Assembly (NCBI GenBank): GCA_034660175.1
Contig: JAYEIQ010000016.1
Span: 2,373 to 66,372 of the forward strand
From: Patescibacteria group bacterium
GTDB lineage: Bacteria; Patescibacteriota; Minisyncoccia; Moranbacterales; DUUL01
Length of the DNA: 64,000 nt
Direction of reading: 5' to 3'
Position 1 is the stretch's first letter; the number at the start of each line of letters is the position of its first letter. The position numbers were made by a program, and so were the translations under genes. The notes below the pieces were generated by a model. It made no database searches and had not been told where the DNA came from. It was given only the letters and a program-made list of their open reading frames with translations. Positions 1 to 9,480 of this stretch are shown here, one piece after another.

Positions 1-1
1 A

Positions 2-412
2 GCTGATGAAAAGACACAGCAAATACAAACAGAAATGGAACAAACTGACGAAAAGATGGATCCAGAGGAGATCAAAGTTTCGGAAATATCAGGAGTAATT
101 ACCTCTGTTAAGGATGGGAAAATAACATTCAAGACCAGTGTTTACGGGGAAGAGGAGCAAGAAATCGCAATTGTTCTTGATGAAAAAGAAAGAGGGAATA
201 TTATTAAATACAAAACAGAAGAAAGCTCAGAAGATGGGAAATTAGGTGCTGTTTCAAAATTTGCCGTGAAGTATGATGATCTCAAAAGTGGAGACATGTT
301 GACAGTGAGGTTTCCACTGGAGGTTCCGCTCAAGGAGGTTCGTGATGGTGCTTTGCTGATAGAAGAGATCATCGTTGATGATGAATTTGATCAGGATAGT
401 CAAATGGAATAA
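2..412 (+). CDS. Hypothetical acidic protein (OB-fold-like), 5'-truncated by the window edge
   Basis: Frame is open from position 2 into ORF 35..412; no family recognised. Confidence 0.6.
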   Translation, partial: ADEKTQQIQTEMEQTDEKMDPEEIKVSEISGVITSVKDGKITFKTSVYGEEEQEIAIVLDEKERGNIIKYKTEESSEDGKLGAVSKFAVKYDDLKSGDMLTVRFPLEVPLKEVRDGALLIEEIIVDDEFDQDSQME

Positions 413-445
413 TTTTAAAATTTCAATAAGCGATAAAAAACCAAA

Positions 446-1912
446 ATGAAGAAAATTTTCCAAAAAACTCTCTCCATTGCAATTGGAGTGTTATTGTTTT
501 TGTTTGTTGCAGCGGATGTGTGGGCACAAGAGTATGAAGACTGCGGAGACAATTTTTCTGCAAACTATACTTATGAGGGGCTCATTTCTCCTCCAACGAC
601 TACAGGAATCACAATTCCATTGAACAGCGATTTTCGCACAAGGCTCAGATTGACTGCTGAGGGAGACGATGATCTGGATGCAGGAGAAAATGTAGACATT
701 GTTCTTGTAATGGATCGCAGTGGGTCAATGAATTGGACAGTTGATGGAGAAAGAAAAATCAAAAAAGCAAAAGAAGCATTGGTACAAGTTGTGAGTGTTT
801 TTGAAAGTGTAGACAAGCCGGAGAATCGATTGGGTCTTGTGACGTATAATGCAAGTGTGACGCTTGACCAAACTTTGACTTCAAGCTATGACCTGGTGAA
901 CGATGCCGTTGACAGTTTCAGCGCTGGTGGAATGACGAATATTGGAGGTGCTCTGAGCGTTGCAGCAAATCACTTAGACAACAATGGGAATGATGATTCG
1001 AGAAAGTTTATTGTGATTGCAACTGATGGGGTTCACAATACAGGAACTCCTGTTCAAGTCGGGATTTCAAATGTTCCAGATGACATCACAGTTTATTCAG
1101 TGGGCATTGGTGACAGTAGCTATTATGATGAGGATATTTTGACAGCTGTTGCTGGTGCTGGAACAGGTGAAGGTGAATATTATGCATCAGATGTTGCCAA
1201 TCTGACACAAACGTTCGAAGACATTATCAGAGATATTTTGACTCCTTTTCGACCAGAGAATGTTGTTTTGGCATATATCAGAAAAAACATTGACATGTTT
1301 ACCTTGCAAGACACAGATCCAAATCACGACATTGCCTTGAACGATGAAATCACTTGGGAGAATCTTGGTTCGATGGAAAACGGAGACACTCAAGAGATCG
1401 ACATTGACTTTCTTCAGGCTAGTGGTTATGGGATTGATCTGGAGCTGAATCAATCTTTTGTTGAGGTGACGTATGATCTTTTTGGCAGGAGTTGTATCGA
1501 GCAGGTGTCGATTGATGTTGTGAAGATCGACAATCTTCCTCAGTGCACTGGAGCAGTTCCAGCAAATTCACAAATGTGTACAGGAGATGATGCCGGTTTG
1601 ACCGTGAATGTTCCGAGAGAACTTGGGAATAGTTGCACTGAAGAGAAAAAATGTGAATATATTTGTCCACCCCCGTTTGTTTATGAAAATGGTGCCTGCA
1701 GAATTCTTGGAAAGTGTGGACCGCTTGAAGATGAATTGTGGTGTCGTTTGCAACCAAGTGTAGCTCCTTGTTCCGATGGTTTTCCTATGGGTACTCCAGA
1801 AGCAACAGATTCGTTATGGACATGGACGTGCAAAGGGTATTATGGTGGTTCATCGGAACATTGTAATGCGACTAGACTTTGTCCAAAGGACTGGGAAGAA
1901 GTTCTTCCATAA
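446..1912 (+). CDS. Secreted VWA-domain protein with Cys-rich C-terminal repeats (putative adhesin)
   Basis: Signal peptide (..VWA-QE), MIDAS motif DRSGSM, TDG motif, Cys-rich WTWTC..GG repeat, C-terminal WEEVLP. Confidence 0.85.
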   Translation: MKKIFQKTLSIAIGVLLFLFVAADVWAQEYEDCGDNFSANYTYEGLISPPTTTGITIPLNSDFRTRLRLTAEGDDDLDAGENVDIVLVMDRSGSMNWTVDGERKIKKAKEALVQVVSVFESVDKPENRLGLVTYNASVTLDQTLTSSYDLVNDAVDSFSAGGMTNIGGALSVAANHLDNNGNDDSRKFIVIATDGVHNTGTPVQVGISNVPDDITVYSVGIGDSSYYDEDILTAVAGAGTGEGEYYASDVANLTQTFEDIIRDILTPFRPENVVLAYIRKNIDMFTLQDTDPNHDIALNDEITWENLGSMENGDTQEIDIDFLQASGYGIDLELNQSFVEVTYDLFGRSCIEQVSIDVVKIDNLPQCTGAVPANSQMCTGDDAGLTVNVPRELGNSCTEEKKCEYICPPPFVYENGACRILGKCGPLEDELWCRLQPSVAPCSDGFPMGTPEATDSLWTWTCKGYYGGSSEHCNATRLCPKDWEEVLP

Positions 1913-1950
1913 TGGCACTTCAAGAAACAAAAAAGGAAGTTCAAAAGATA

Positions 1951-1984
1951 AACATAGAACACCTTGGGAGGGGTGTTCTATGTT
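1951..1984. terminator. Long hairpin after the VWA gene (putative terminator)
   Basis: AACATAGAACACCTT-GGGA-GGGGTGTTCTATGTT; no clear U-tract. Confidence 0.5.
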
Positions 1985-2037
1985 AAAATTTATTGTTCAT
2001 CAACAATAATCGAGCTCTAAATTACTTAAATAAAACA

Positions 2038-2313
2038 ATGGAAAAAATTGAAATCAGACAAAATGTTTCAAGAGAAGAACTTGAAAAAATGGGAGTTTTC
2101 AGTTGGGGAGTTTGGTCAAAAGAAGTTTCAGAATTTCCTTGGTCCTATGATGAAAAGGAAACTTGTTATATTCTTGAAGGAGAGGCAGCGATTGTTTCTG
2201 GTGATGGCAAGCAAGAGACAATCAGAAAAGGGGACTTGGTGGTGTTTGATTCTGGTTTGCAGTGCACTTGGAAAATAACGAAGCCAATAAAGAAACATTT
2301 CAAATTTGGATGA
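2038..2313 (+). CDS. Cupin domain protein (DUF861/cupin_3 family)
   Basis: WGVWSKEVSEFPWSYDEKETCYILEG...GDLVVF..G..CTWKI motif; ATG at 2038. Confidence 0.85.
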   Translation: MEKIEIRQNVSREELEKMGVFSWGVWSKEVSEFPWSYDEKETCYILEGEAAIVSGDGKQETIRKGDLVVFDSGLQCTWKITKPIKKHFKFG

Positions 2314-2357
2314 AAAAAGCACAAAAACTAACATTTTGAGCTGTTGAAAACTTGTCC

Positions 2358-2386
2358 TTGACAAGTTTTCTTGCTGAGGATAAAAT
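2358..2386 (+). promoter_or_regulatory. Sigma70-type promoter for the lytic transglycosylase gene
   Basis: TTGACA-N17-TAAAAT. Confidence 0.7.
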
Positions 2387-2667
2387 TGACACTGTTTTCA
2401 CAAAATAAAATTGCAGTTCCATTAGGAACGCTTTTTTATTTTGTGTTGCGATCCGTGCTTTTGGGGTTCGCAAGCAAATCAAAACAAAATATCAAAAACA
2501 AAAAAGCAAAAACTATTGAAGCAGACTAGGATTGGTCGGTTTTGGATGCCTTTTTCCCACTGGTTATCACAACTGATTTCCGTGCTTCGAGCATGTCGTC
2601 TCTGATGTGTGATAATCAATAAACAAAAATTATTCGAAAAAAAATTTGGACGATTGTCGGTCTTTTT

Positions 2668-3483
2668 GTGGGTTTTACTGCAATGATCGGCATGTTGATT
2701 GTTCTTGTTCCTGATGCGCAGGGCAGTGAACTTTCTTCTGGTGAATTGCTTGCTCAGTTTGAAGAAAACTATTCGAAAAAACAACGAATTAAATTTTCAG
2801 TTAAGCAGAACGAGAATCAGAGTAGCTTGATTCCTTTAAATCTCAGCGAGCTCATTGAAGACGAAAAAAGACTTTTCAAAAAGAAAGGTTGGCAATGGCA
2901 AGAAATTAAGGAGGCTGTTGATTTTGCTGCAAACAAGACAGGAGTCAGAAAGAACTTTCTTATTGGGATGCTTGTGGTTGAATCAGATCTTGGCAGGAAT
3001 ATGGGGAAGTGTTCATATGTGGAAGTTGAAAATGGGGCAAACGATTCATACAGACAAGGGCGTCTGTCTTTGAGATCCTGGAGAACGTTTCTCAGAAGAA
3101 GAGGCTTGGTGCGGAGAATTGCGAGAAATTTGGGATATGACTATAAAGAACTTCGGGTTTCATGCAATCCTTCTCGCTATGTTGGCACTGGTGGTGCGAT
3201 GGGAGTTTCTCAATTCATGCCTGATACTTGGATGGAGTATGAAAGAAGAGTTTCTCGAATAGTTGGTAAAAGACATCCTGATCCATGGAACTTGCGTGAC
3301 GGAATTGTGGCTATGGCATTGAAACTGTCTGATGTGCCAGGTGTAACCGATCACAACATTGTATCAGAGCGAAATGCAGCAAAACTTTATTTATCAGGAA
3401 CAACTTCTCGACGATATGACTGGTATGCCAATCGTATTCAGTATTGGGAAACGAACTATCGATATTTGTTGGCGCAAGCTTGA
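2668..3483 (+). CDS. Lytic murein transglycosylase (SLT/MltB-like), membrane-anchored; true start uncertain
   Basis: Catalytic VESDLG and GGAMGVSQFMPDTW, plus DPWNLRDGI; the hydrophobic N-terminus extends upstream of GTG 2668. Confidence 0.85.
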   Translation: MGFTAMIGMLIVLVPDAQGSELSSGELLAQFEENYSKKQRIKFSVKQNENQSSLIPLNLSELIEDEKRLFKKKGWQWQEIKEAVDFAANKTGVRKNFLIGMLVVESDLGRNMGKCSYVEVENGANDSYRQGRLSLRSWRTFLRRRGLVRRIARNLGYDYKELRVSCNPSRYVGTGGAMGVSQFMPDTWMEYERRVSRIVGKRHPDPWNLRDGIVAMALKLSDVPGVTDHNIVSERNAAKLYLSGTTSRRYDWYANRIQYWETNYRYLLAQA

Positions 3484-3517
3484 GAAAGGGAAGTGTAAAA
3501 TTTTTCTGATCACAAGC

Positions 3518-3541
3518 AAAAACACCCTCGCGGGTGTTTTT
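3518..3541. terminator. Intrinsic terminator
   Basis: AAAAACACCC-TCGC-GGGTGTTTTT. Confidence 0.75.
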
Positions 3542-3622
3542 CGTTTTTCATGTTATAATATGCAAAATAGCATACAACTGTCATGTTGTGTTGCAGATGT
3601 TGTTTAAGCAGTAAAACTATTC

Positions 3623-4156
3623 TTGATGAAAAAAAATAAAAATAAAAAAGTTTTTTTTCGGACATTGCCTATTTTCATTTTGGCATTGATCTTGTTTCAA
3701 GGTGTTTCTTTTGCGCAAGCGCAGATTTGTCCTGCAGTTCGAGAAGGTTTTCCAGGTGATATCATAGTGTTTTCTCAGTCCATTGTTCCTTGCTCGAGAG
3801 ATTGCGATGTTGCATCAACTCCATACAACGAGACTCATCAATGCACTCTTTGTCATTTGATTGTGATGGTCCACAATATCTATAACTTGATGGTTGCTAT
3901 GCTTCTCACAGTTTCTCTATTTTTTGTGACGATGGGTGGTGTGTTGTATATTGTTTCCTCTGGAAATTCTGCTCTTCGGTCAAAAGCCAAAGAAATCATC
4001 ATCAAAACATTGATTGGCTTTGCTTTGTTTCTTTTGACTTGGCTCATTATCTACACTCTTTTGGTGGTTATTTCTGCTAATGAAAATGCGCTCGGGTTGG
4101 GTCGAAGTGGAGGAAATTGGTATGATTTTTCTTGTGACACAAACAGCGTTTTTTAA
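3623..4156 (+). CDS. TrbC/VirB2-like pilin (CPR type); start probably ATG 3626
   Basis: Signal peptide, CTLCH motif, two TM helices joined by SSGN...KAK..I..TLIG. Confidence 0.75.
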   Translation: MMKKNKNKKVFFRTLPIFILALILFQGVSFAQAQICPAVREGFPGDIIVFSQSIVPCSRDCDVASTPYNETHQCTLCHLIVMVHNIYNLMVAMLLTVSLFFVTMGGVLYIVSSGNSALRSKAKEIIIKTLIGFALFLLTWLIIYTLLVVISANENALGLGRSGGNWYDFSCDTNSVF

Positions 4157-4177
4157 TATGAAAAAAGACAAAAGATC

Positions 4178-4831
4178 GTGATTCAAAAGCTCAAAAAGAA
4201 ACAGGAAAAAAGGAGGCGCAAAAAAAGTGCGTGGAAGCTTTGTGTTTTTTGGACGGTTCTTTTCGTATTCTCATGTCTTTTTATTTGTCACGGAGCTTTC
4301 GCAGCCCACACATCAACGGAGAAAAATTTGGGTCTTGTTCTTAGCAATATTGTTGTAGAAAAAGGAACTGAAAGTCCAGTAAGTACCAAAATCTATCCAG
4401 GATACACCATGTCATTTGACGTTGCTATTGTTTCTGGTTTTGCTGACGAACAAGAGCCAGTTATGTTTGAATATTCAGTAATAGACGATAATGATGAGAT
4501 GATATATTCGATTGGAGAGCAGAGAAAAATTGGGAAAGAGAATGTTTTTACGAAGAGAATGACATTGCCGTCAGATATCGAGCCTGGAACCTATAAATTG
4601 AGAATAAAATCGGTAATAGACGAGCAAAGCATGACGCAGGAGCAATTTTTTGAAATAGAACAAAGTCCAGTTGTCACAATCAAAGAAAGTGGTAAATATG
4701 TTTTAGTTACACTAGTGACTGAAAATAGTTGGTTTTTTGGAGGAATGATTGTTAGTTTTTTGATTATTTTCTTTTTTGTTGGTGTGTTTGTTGTTCACAA
4801 GAAGAACCAAGTCAGATCACATACAAGGTAA
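4178..4831 (+). CDS. Hypothetical membrane protein with Ig-like domain
   Basis: N-terminal signal/TM, LPSDIEPGTYKL Ig-like strand, C-terminal TM. Confidence 0.7.
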   Translation: MIQKLKKKQEKRRRKKSAWKLCVFWTVLFVFSCLFICHGAFAAHTSTEKNLGLVLSNIVVEKGTESPVSTKIYPGYTMSFDVAIVSGFADEQEPVMFEYSVIDDNDEMIYSIGEQRKIGKENVFTKRMTLPSDIEPGTYKLRIKSVIDEQSMTQEQFFEIEQSPVVTIKESGKYVLVTLVTENSWFFGGMIVSFLIIFFFVGVFVVHKKNQVRSHTR

Positions 4832-5161
4832 TAGTTGGCAAAGAGTTTTTCTGCGATCTTGAGTTTTCAGGGTGGCTTTTTCTATTGTGTGGTTTACTAC
4901 AAGTATGTTCCAAGAAAGGAGACGATTTGAGGATGATTTTTTCTTTGAGCGAGAAGGATAATTGTGCTAAAATAAATCTGCGTAGAATAAAAAAGTTGTT
5001 TCAGGAAGTGACAAATATAAACAAAAACAACTCAGAAAGCAGAGGGATGAACCGTTGAACTTTTGGGGTGGTTTTTGTATAACGTAAACTAGACAGAAAT
5101 GTCAAAGCTGTCTATGAACGACAACTCAATGAAGAAAAAAATAAAACTATAAACAAATTGA

Positions 5162-6121
5162 ATGAATATAATGCAAAAAATAGTTACACTCACTGTGTTT
5201 CTGAGCTTTATGATTCCAATTGTTGTGCTTGGCAGGAGCTATGACATTTATGTTGACGCAAGCAATGATAGTGGAACTGAAGATGGAACAAGCGCAAATC
5301 CATATAACACTATCTCAGAAGGAATTTCAGCTGCTCTCTTGAATGATGAAGATGGAAGAGAGGTTTATGTTGCTAATGGGGAATATCAAGAGCAAGTTCA
5401 CGTAGAAGAAGATGTCGAGCTTTTTGGTGAAGATCGTTCAAATACAATAATTATTGGTCGAGATAGAGACGATGATGATTTTTCCTATGCTGTAAAGATG
5501 GAACATGGCACGAAAATTGAGGATTTCACCGTTAAATATGGGAATACAGGTATTTTGGTCGAAGAAGATTCAAGGGCAACAATTGAGCATTGCAAAATTA
5601 AAAGTTTTGATAAGATAGGCGTTGAAGTTCTCAGTGCTGATCGCAACAACAAAAAGATTTTTACAATGGAGGATTGCAAGATCTATAAAGGTGATGGTAA
5701 GGCTATGTATATAAGAAAAAGAAAGATAGATATTCGAGACAACAAAATCTATGACAATGAAGAGGAGGGGATCGATCTGCGTTCCAAGGTGAAGGGAAAG
5801 ATCTATGACAATGAGATCTATGACAACGGAGAAAGTGGAATTGAATTTGAAATGAGAAAAACAAAGTTGAAAATTAAGGGTAACAAGATCAAATCAAATG
5901 ATTCAAGTGCGATCACTGCTCAATATCGAGGGAAGAATGAGGGTGGAGAAGTGTTGATTGAAGACAATAAGCTCAAGAAAAATGATGAGTTTGCCCTGAG
6001 TTGTAATAACCCTCAAGGTGGAGTGCCACCAGTTTATTATTTTTCCAGTTCGATCACGATGCTGGAAAATGCGTTATCGAAAAATGATAGTGGAAGCTAT
6101 GCTCCAATGTGTCAATTTTAA
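5162..6121 (+). CDS. Secreted right-handed parallel beta-helix protein (DUF1565/NosD-like)
   Basis: IYVD..N..G.EDGTSANPYNTISEG motif and repeated IYDN..GI units. Confidence 0.85.
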   Translation: MNIMQKIVTLTVFLSFMIPIVVLGRSYDIYVDASNDSGTEDGTSANPYNTISEGISAALLNDEDGREVYVANGEYQEQVHVEEDVELFGEDRSNTIIIGRDRDDDDFSYAVKMEHGTKIEDFTVKYGNTGILVEEDSRATIEHCKIKSFDKIGVEVLSADRNNKKIFTMEDCKIYKGDGKAMYIRKRKIDIRDNKIYDNEEEGIDLRSKVKGKIYDNEIYDNGESGIEFEMRKTKLKIKGNKIKSNDSSAITAQYRGKNEGGEVLIEDNKLKKNDEFALSCNNPQGGVPPVYYFSSSITMLENALSKNDSGSYAPMCQF

Positions 6122-6305
6122 GTGAAAAAATCGCTTGTCATGAATATTGAAAAAGATGCAGTTTCAGCTGCTCTTTTTTTTGTGGAATTTGTGAAAATAG
6201 TGTATAATTTTATTGAAAAGACAAAAATAAAAACCCAGTCCCAGCACGATTTATGTCAAGTTGATATAAAGTTTTTCTTGTGTTGTGGATTTTTGGAGGG
6301 TGCTA

Positions 6306-7784
6306 ATGATAAACAAAAAACAAAAAAAGAATTCAAAAGGATTTATTGCTGCATATGTACTTATTGCGGCTGCGGTTGTGATCACGTTGCTTGGCGGATT
6401 GCTTGTTTTTGTTGGTTCGTCGCAAAGAAGAGCTTCGGATGAAGTATCTCGTCAACAAGCTTTGCAAATCGCGGAGAGTGGAATTTATTTCTATAAATGG
6501 TATCTTTCTCACAGTTTGGATGGAAAAACTGCTCAGCAAATAAAGAACTTCTGGGAAGGCGGAACTGCTTATGGATATTCTGTGCCATATGAACAAGAGG
6601 TGACGGACAATGATGCAACTCCAATTGGAAGATATAGAATCAATGTTTCAGTTCCTCGACCTGATTCAACAATTGTTATGGTGACTTCGGAGGGTTGGAC
6701 ATATAAACATCCAGGCATTGTTAAATCTGTTCAGGTTCGTTTTCGCAGGCCATCTTGGAGCGAGTATTCAGTTTTAGCTAATGATGTGATGAGATTTGGA
6801 GAGGGCACACACGTTTATGGACCGATACATTCAAACAATGGTATTCGTTTTGATGGAATTGCTCATAATCTTGTTTCTTCTTCAGTTGAGGATTATTGGG
6901 ATCCTGACACAAGCTCTACTTGTGATGGTGTTTGGACGTCACAGTCCGATGAAGATGCAACCTTTCTTGCGGGAAAGGAGTTTCCAGTGGCATCTGTTGA
7001 TTTTGGGAGTGTGGTCACAGATCTTGCGCTTATTAAATCAGAGGCTCAGGCTGACGGACTCTATCTTGGCGGAGATACCTATGAGGAGTCAGTTTGTGGA
7101 TGGACTTGGATAGGTCCACCTTGGCCTTGGTGGGATTGGCAATGTTCCACGAACAATGTTCCTGTTGAGGGATATCATCTCACGCTTCGAACTGATGATC
7201 GTGTTGAAGTCAGATTGGTGACTGATTCAGGTTCATCTTCTCACAGAATATATGACGAAACAGGCGCAACTACATATGATTTTCCAAACAATGGACTTGT
7301 CTTTGTTGAAAATCATGTTTGGGTTGATGGTCAGATAGACGGTTATCACCTGACTGTTGCTTCTGGCGATCTTGAACAAGCAGGAGTTGACACTGATGTT
7401 TATATCAATAATGATATCACATACACCAATACAGATGGGACGGATATTATAGGCTTGATTGCCGAGAATGATGTTTCAGTAGGTCTCTATTCTGAGGATA
7501 ATCTTGAAATCCATGCAGCTCTGCTCGCTCAAAATGGAAGAGTTGGTCGCGATTACTATAATTTCGGTACTTCAGCGACATACTATAAAAGAGATACAAT
7601 TACCGTTTATGGTTCAATAGCAACCAATCAACGATATGGATTCAGATGGATTTGCGGAGGAAATACTTATTGTAGTGGCTATTTGAACAGGAACTTGCAT
7701 TTTGATAACAATCTGCTGTATTTCCCGCCACCATTTTTTCCAACTGGAACTACTTATGAGCTTGATCTATGGGAAGATTTGTAG
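6306..7784 (+). CDS. PilX-like minor type IV pilin / pilus-tip protein
   Basis: GGAGGG SD before ATG 6306; prepilin site KG|FIAAY, hydrophobic helix, QALQIAESGI; directly upstream of pilM. Confidence 0.8.
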   Translation: MINKKQKKNSKGFIAAYVLIAAAVVITLLGGLLVFVGSSQRRASDEVSRQQALQIAESGIYFYKWYLSHSLDGKTAQQIKNFWEGGTAYGYSVPYEQEVTDNDATPIGRYRINVSVPRPDSTIVMVTSEGWTYKHPGIVKSVQVRFRRPSWSEYSVLANDVMRFGEGTHVYGPIHSNNGIRFDGIAHNLVSSSVEDYWDPDTSSTCDGVWTSQSDEDATFLAGKEFPVASVDFGSVVTDLALIKSEAQADGLYLGGDTYEESVCGWTWIGPPWPWWDWQCSTNNVPVEGYHLTLRTDDRVEVRLVTDSGSSSHRIYDETGATTYDFPNNGLVFVENHVWVDGQIDGYHLTVASGDLEQAGVDTDVYINNDITYTNTDGTDIIGLIAENDVSVGLYSEDNLEIHAALLAQNGRVGRDYYNFGTSATYYKRDTITVYGSIATNQRYGFRWICGGNTYCSGYLNRNLHFDNNLLYFPPPFFPTGTTYELDLWEDL

Positions 7785-7839
7785 GACTTGACAGTTCAGA
7801 TCTTGAAAATAATAGAACAAAAAGAAACGCAGAAAAATC

Positions 7840-8931
7840 ATGCCGAAAATGACATTCAAAAATTATCTTGCATACCTATCTGAACCACGTACGTTTGGTG
7901 TTGATATAAATGACAACGAAATCAAAGTTTTTGAAATTGAAAAAAATAAAGAAAAACATAAAATTGTTGGTTGGAATAAACGAAGACTACCAAAGGGCAT
8001 CGTTGAGGATTGCGAGATTCTTGATAAAGAAAAATTTTCCGAAGTTTTTTTTGATGCAGTTGGAAATTCTGAGGGAAAAAAGCTGAAGGGGAAGGCTGTT
8101 ATTGTCTCAATTCCTGAGAACAAGGTTTTTTTGAGAATCATCAAGATTCCAAAGATGTCTGAAGAGGAGTTGTGTGAAGCAATAAAATGGGAGGTAGAAG
8201 CGAACATTCCAATCTCGGCTAGTGAGGTTTATTATGATTGGCAGATTGTTGACAAGGGGAAGAAAGAAATGAGAGTGCTTGTTGCTGCGTCTCCAAGAAA
8301 AGTAGTTGACAGCTTGATCAGCACATATGAGCAAATTGGATATAAGGTTTGTGTTTTGGAAGCAGATTCAATAGCAACAGGAAGGAGCGTTTTGTCAAAA
8401 AAAGACAAGCGTCCTGTTCTTTTGGTAGACATTGGAATCGAAGGCACTGGATACTTCATTTTTTCTGGAGGTTATCCTGTTTTTTCATCTGGAGGTTCTG
8501 TTTCTGGAAACTTATTCACTGATGCTGTTTCAAAATACTATGGATTGGAATGGAAAAAAGCCGAGCAATACAAGATGAAAATGGGACTGGGGACTAATAA
8601 AAAAGAAAGAGAAGATGTTTTCAGGGTTTATAGTGGATTGTTGTCAACATTGGTTCAGGAGATTGAAAAGACTATAAATTTTTATGACGAAAATTTGAGT
8701 ATAGATAACGAGAAAGTGGAAAAAGTTGTTCTTTGCGGTGGCGGTTCAAATCTTAGAGGACTTTTGCCATATTTAGCAATTCATCTTAAGCGTCAAGTTG
8801 TCCAAGGAAGTCCTTGGGAAAATGTGCATCTTGGAAAAGAGATTCCGCCTATATCAAAAGAGGAAGCTCAAAGTTATATAACTGTTATTGGTCTCGCTCT
8901 TAGAAACTGTCAAAATGGATATTTTAATTAA
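7840..8931 (+). CDS. pilM: Type IV pilus assembly protein PilM
   Basis: Actin-like FGVDI, VDIG, LCGGGSNL motifs and C-terminal IGLALR. Confidence 0.9.
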   Translation: MPKMTFKNYLAYLSEPRTFGVDINDNEIKVFEIEKNKEKHKIVGWNKRRLPKGIVEDCEILDKEKFSEVFFDAVGNSEGKKLKGKAVIVSIPENKVFLRIIKIPKMSEEELCEAIKWEVEANIPISASEVYYDWQIVDKGKKEMRVLVAASPRKVVDSLISTYEQIGYKVCVLEADSIATGRSVLSKKDKRPVLLVDIGIEGTGYFIFSGGYPVFSSGGSVSGNLFTDAVSKYYGLEWKKAEQYKMKMGLGTNKKEREDVFRVYSGLLSTLVQEIEKTINFYDENLSIDNEKVEKVVLCGGGSNLRGLLPYLAIHLKRQVVQGSPWENVHLGKEIPPISKEEAQSYITVIGLALRNCQNGYFN

Positions 8932-9454
8932 TCTTCTTTCTCCTACCGAGAAGGAAGAGATAAAAAATTTACGCAGAGTTGGCGTTATTTTGAAAATTGG
9001 TTTTTCAGCAATTTGTGCAATGGGAGTTTTTGTTGTTTTTCTTTTTTTCACTATGAAGGCGATTCAAATTCAGCAAGATGTTGTGCTGAAAGAAATTGCT
9101 CGCTTTGAACAATCGTTTTCATATAAAGAGGTGAAAGTGGCGCAAGAGGCTTTGAGAGAATATAGCAAAACTGCATCCAAGGTTAAGAATGGCTTGAGCA
9201 ATCAGAAATTGAGGTGGGAACTGGTTTCTGAAATAAGTGCGGTCATTCCTAATGATATAAAAATTGTTGAATTCTCGGTTGATTCAAAAGACGTGTTGAC
9301 TTTAAATGGCATAGCTTATACACGAGATGCTTTGTTGCAGTTGCAAGAGGAACTTGAAGGAATTGAAAGAATTACAAAAATTGAATCTCCGATTTCAAAT
9401 TTTGTTGCAGACAAAGATGTCGAGTTTGAATTTACCGCAGAGATTAAAAAATAG
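8915..9454 (+). CDS. pilN: Type IV pilus assembly protein PilN
   Basis: N-terminal INLL motif plus TM; overlaps the end of pilM. Confidence 0.8.
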   Translation: MDILINLLSPTEKEEIKNLRRVGVILKIGFSAICAMGVFVVFLFFTMKAIQIQQDVVLKEIARFEQSFSYKEVKVAQEALREYSKTASKVKNGLSNQKLRWELVSEISAVIPNDIKIVEFSVDSKDVLTLNGIAYTRDALLQLQEELEGIERITKIESPISNFVADKDVEFEFTAEIKK

Positions 9455-9480
9455 GAATTTTTTATAATTACTGAATTGTG

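Noticed and set aside
4933-5058. 41-aa ORF after an AAGGAG motif
   Set aside because: Overlaps a promoter-like element and has no protein-like features
5033-5125. SAM-I or c-di-GMP-I riboswitch
   Set aside because: Lacks the AUC/GCAACC core of SAM-I and the GACGCAAA junction of c-di-GMP-I; kept only as an unclassified leader
6122-6442. 106-aa ORF bridging the beta-helix and pilX genes; likewise the 5' extensions of murC (18479), rpoB (40425) and dnaE (62260) in the ORF track
   Set aside because: They overlap intergenic or promoter sequence or neighbouring genes, and downstream ATGs fit the family N-termini better
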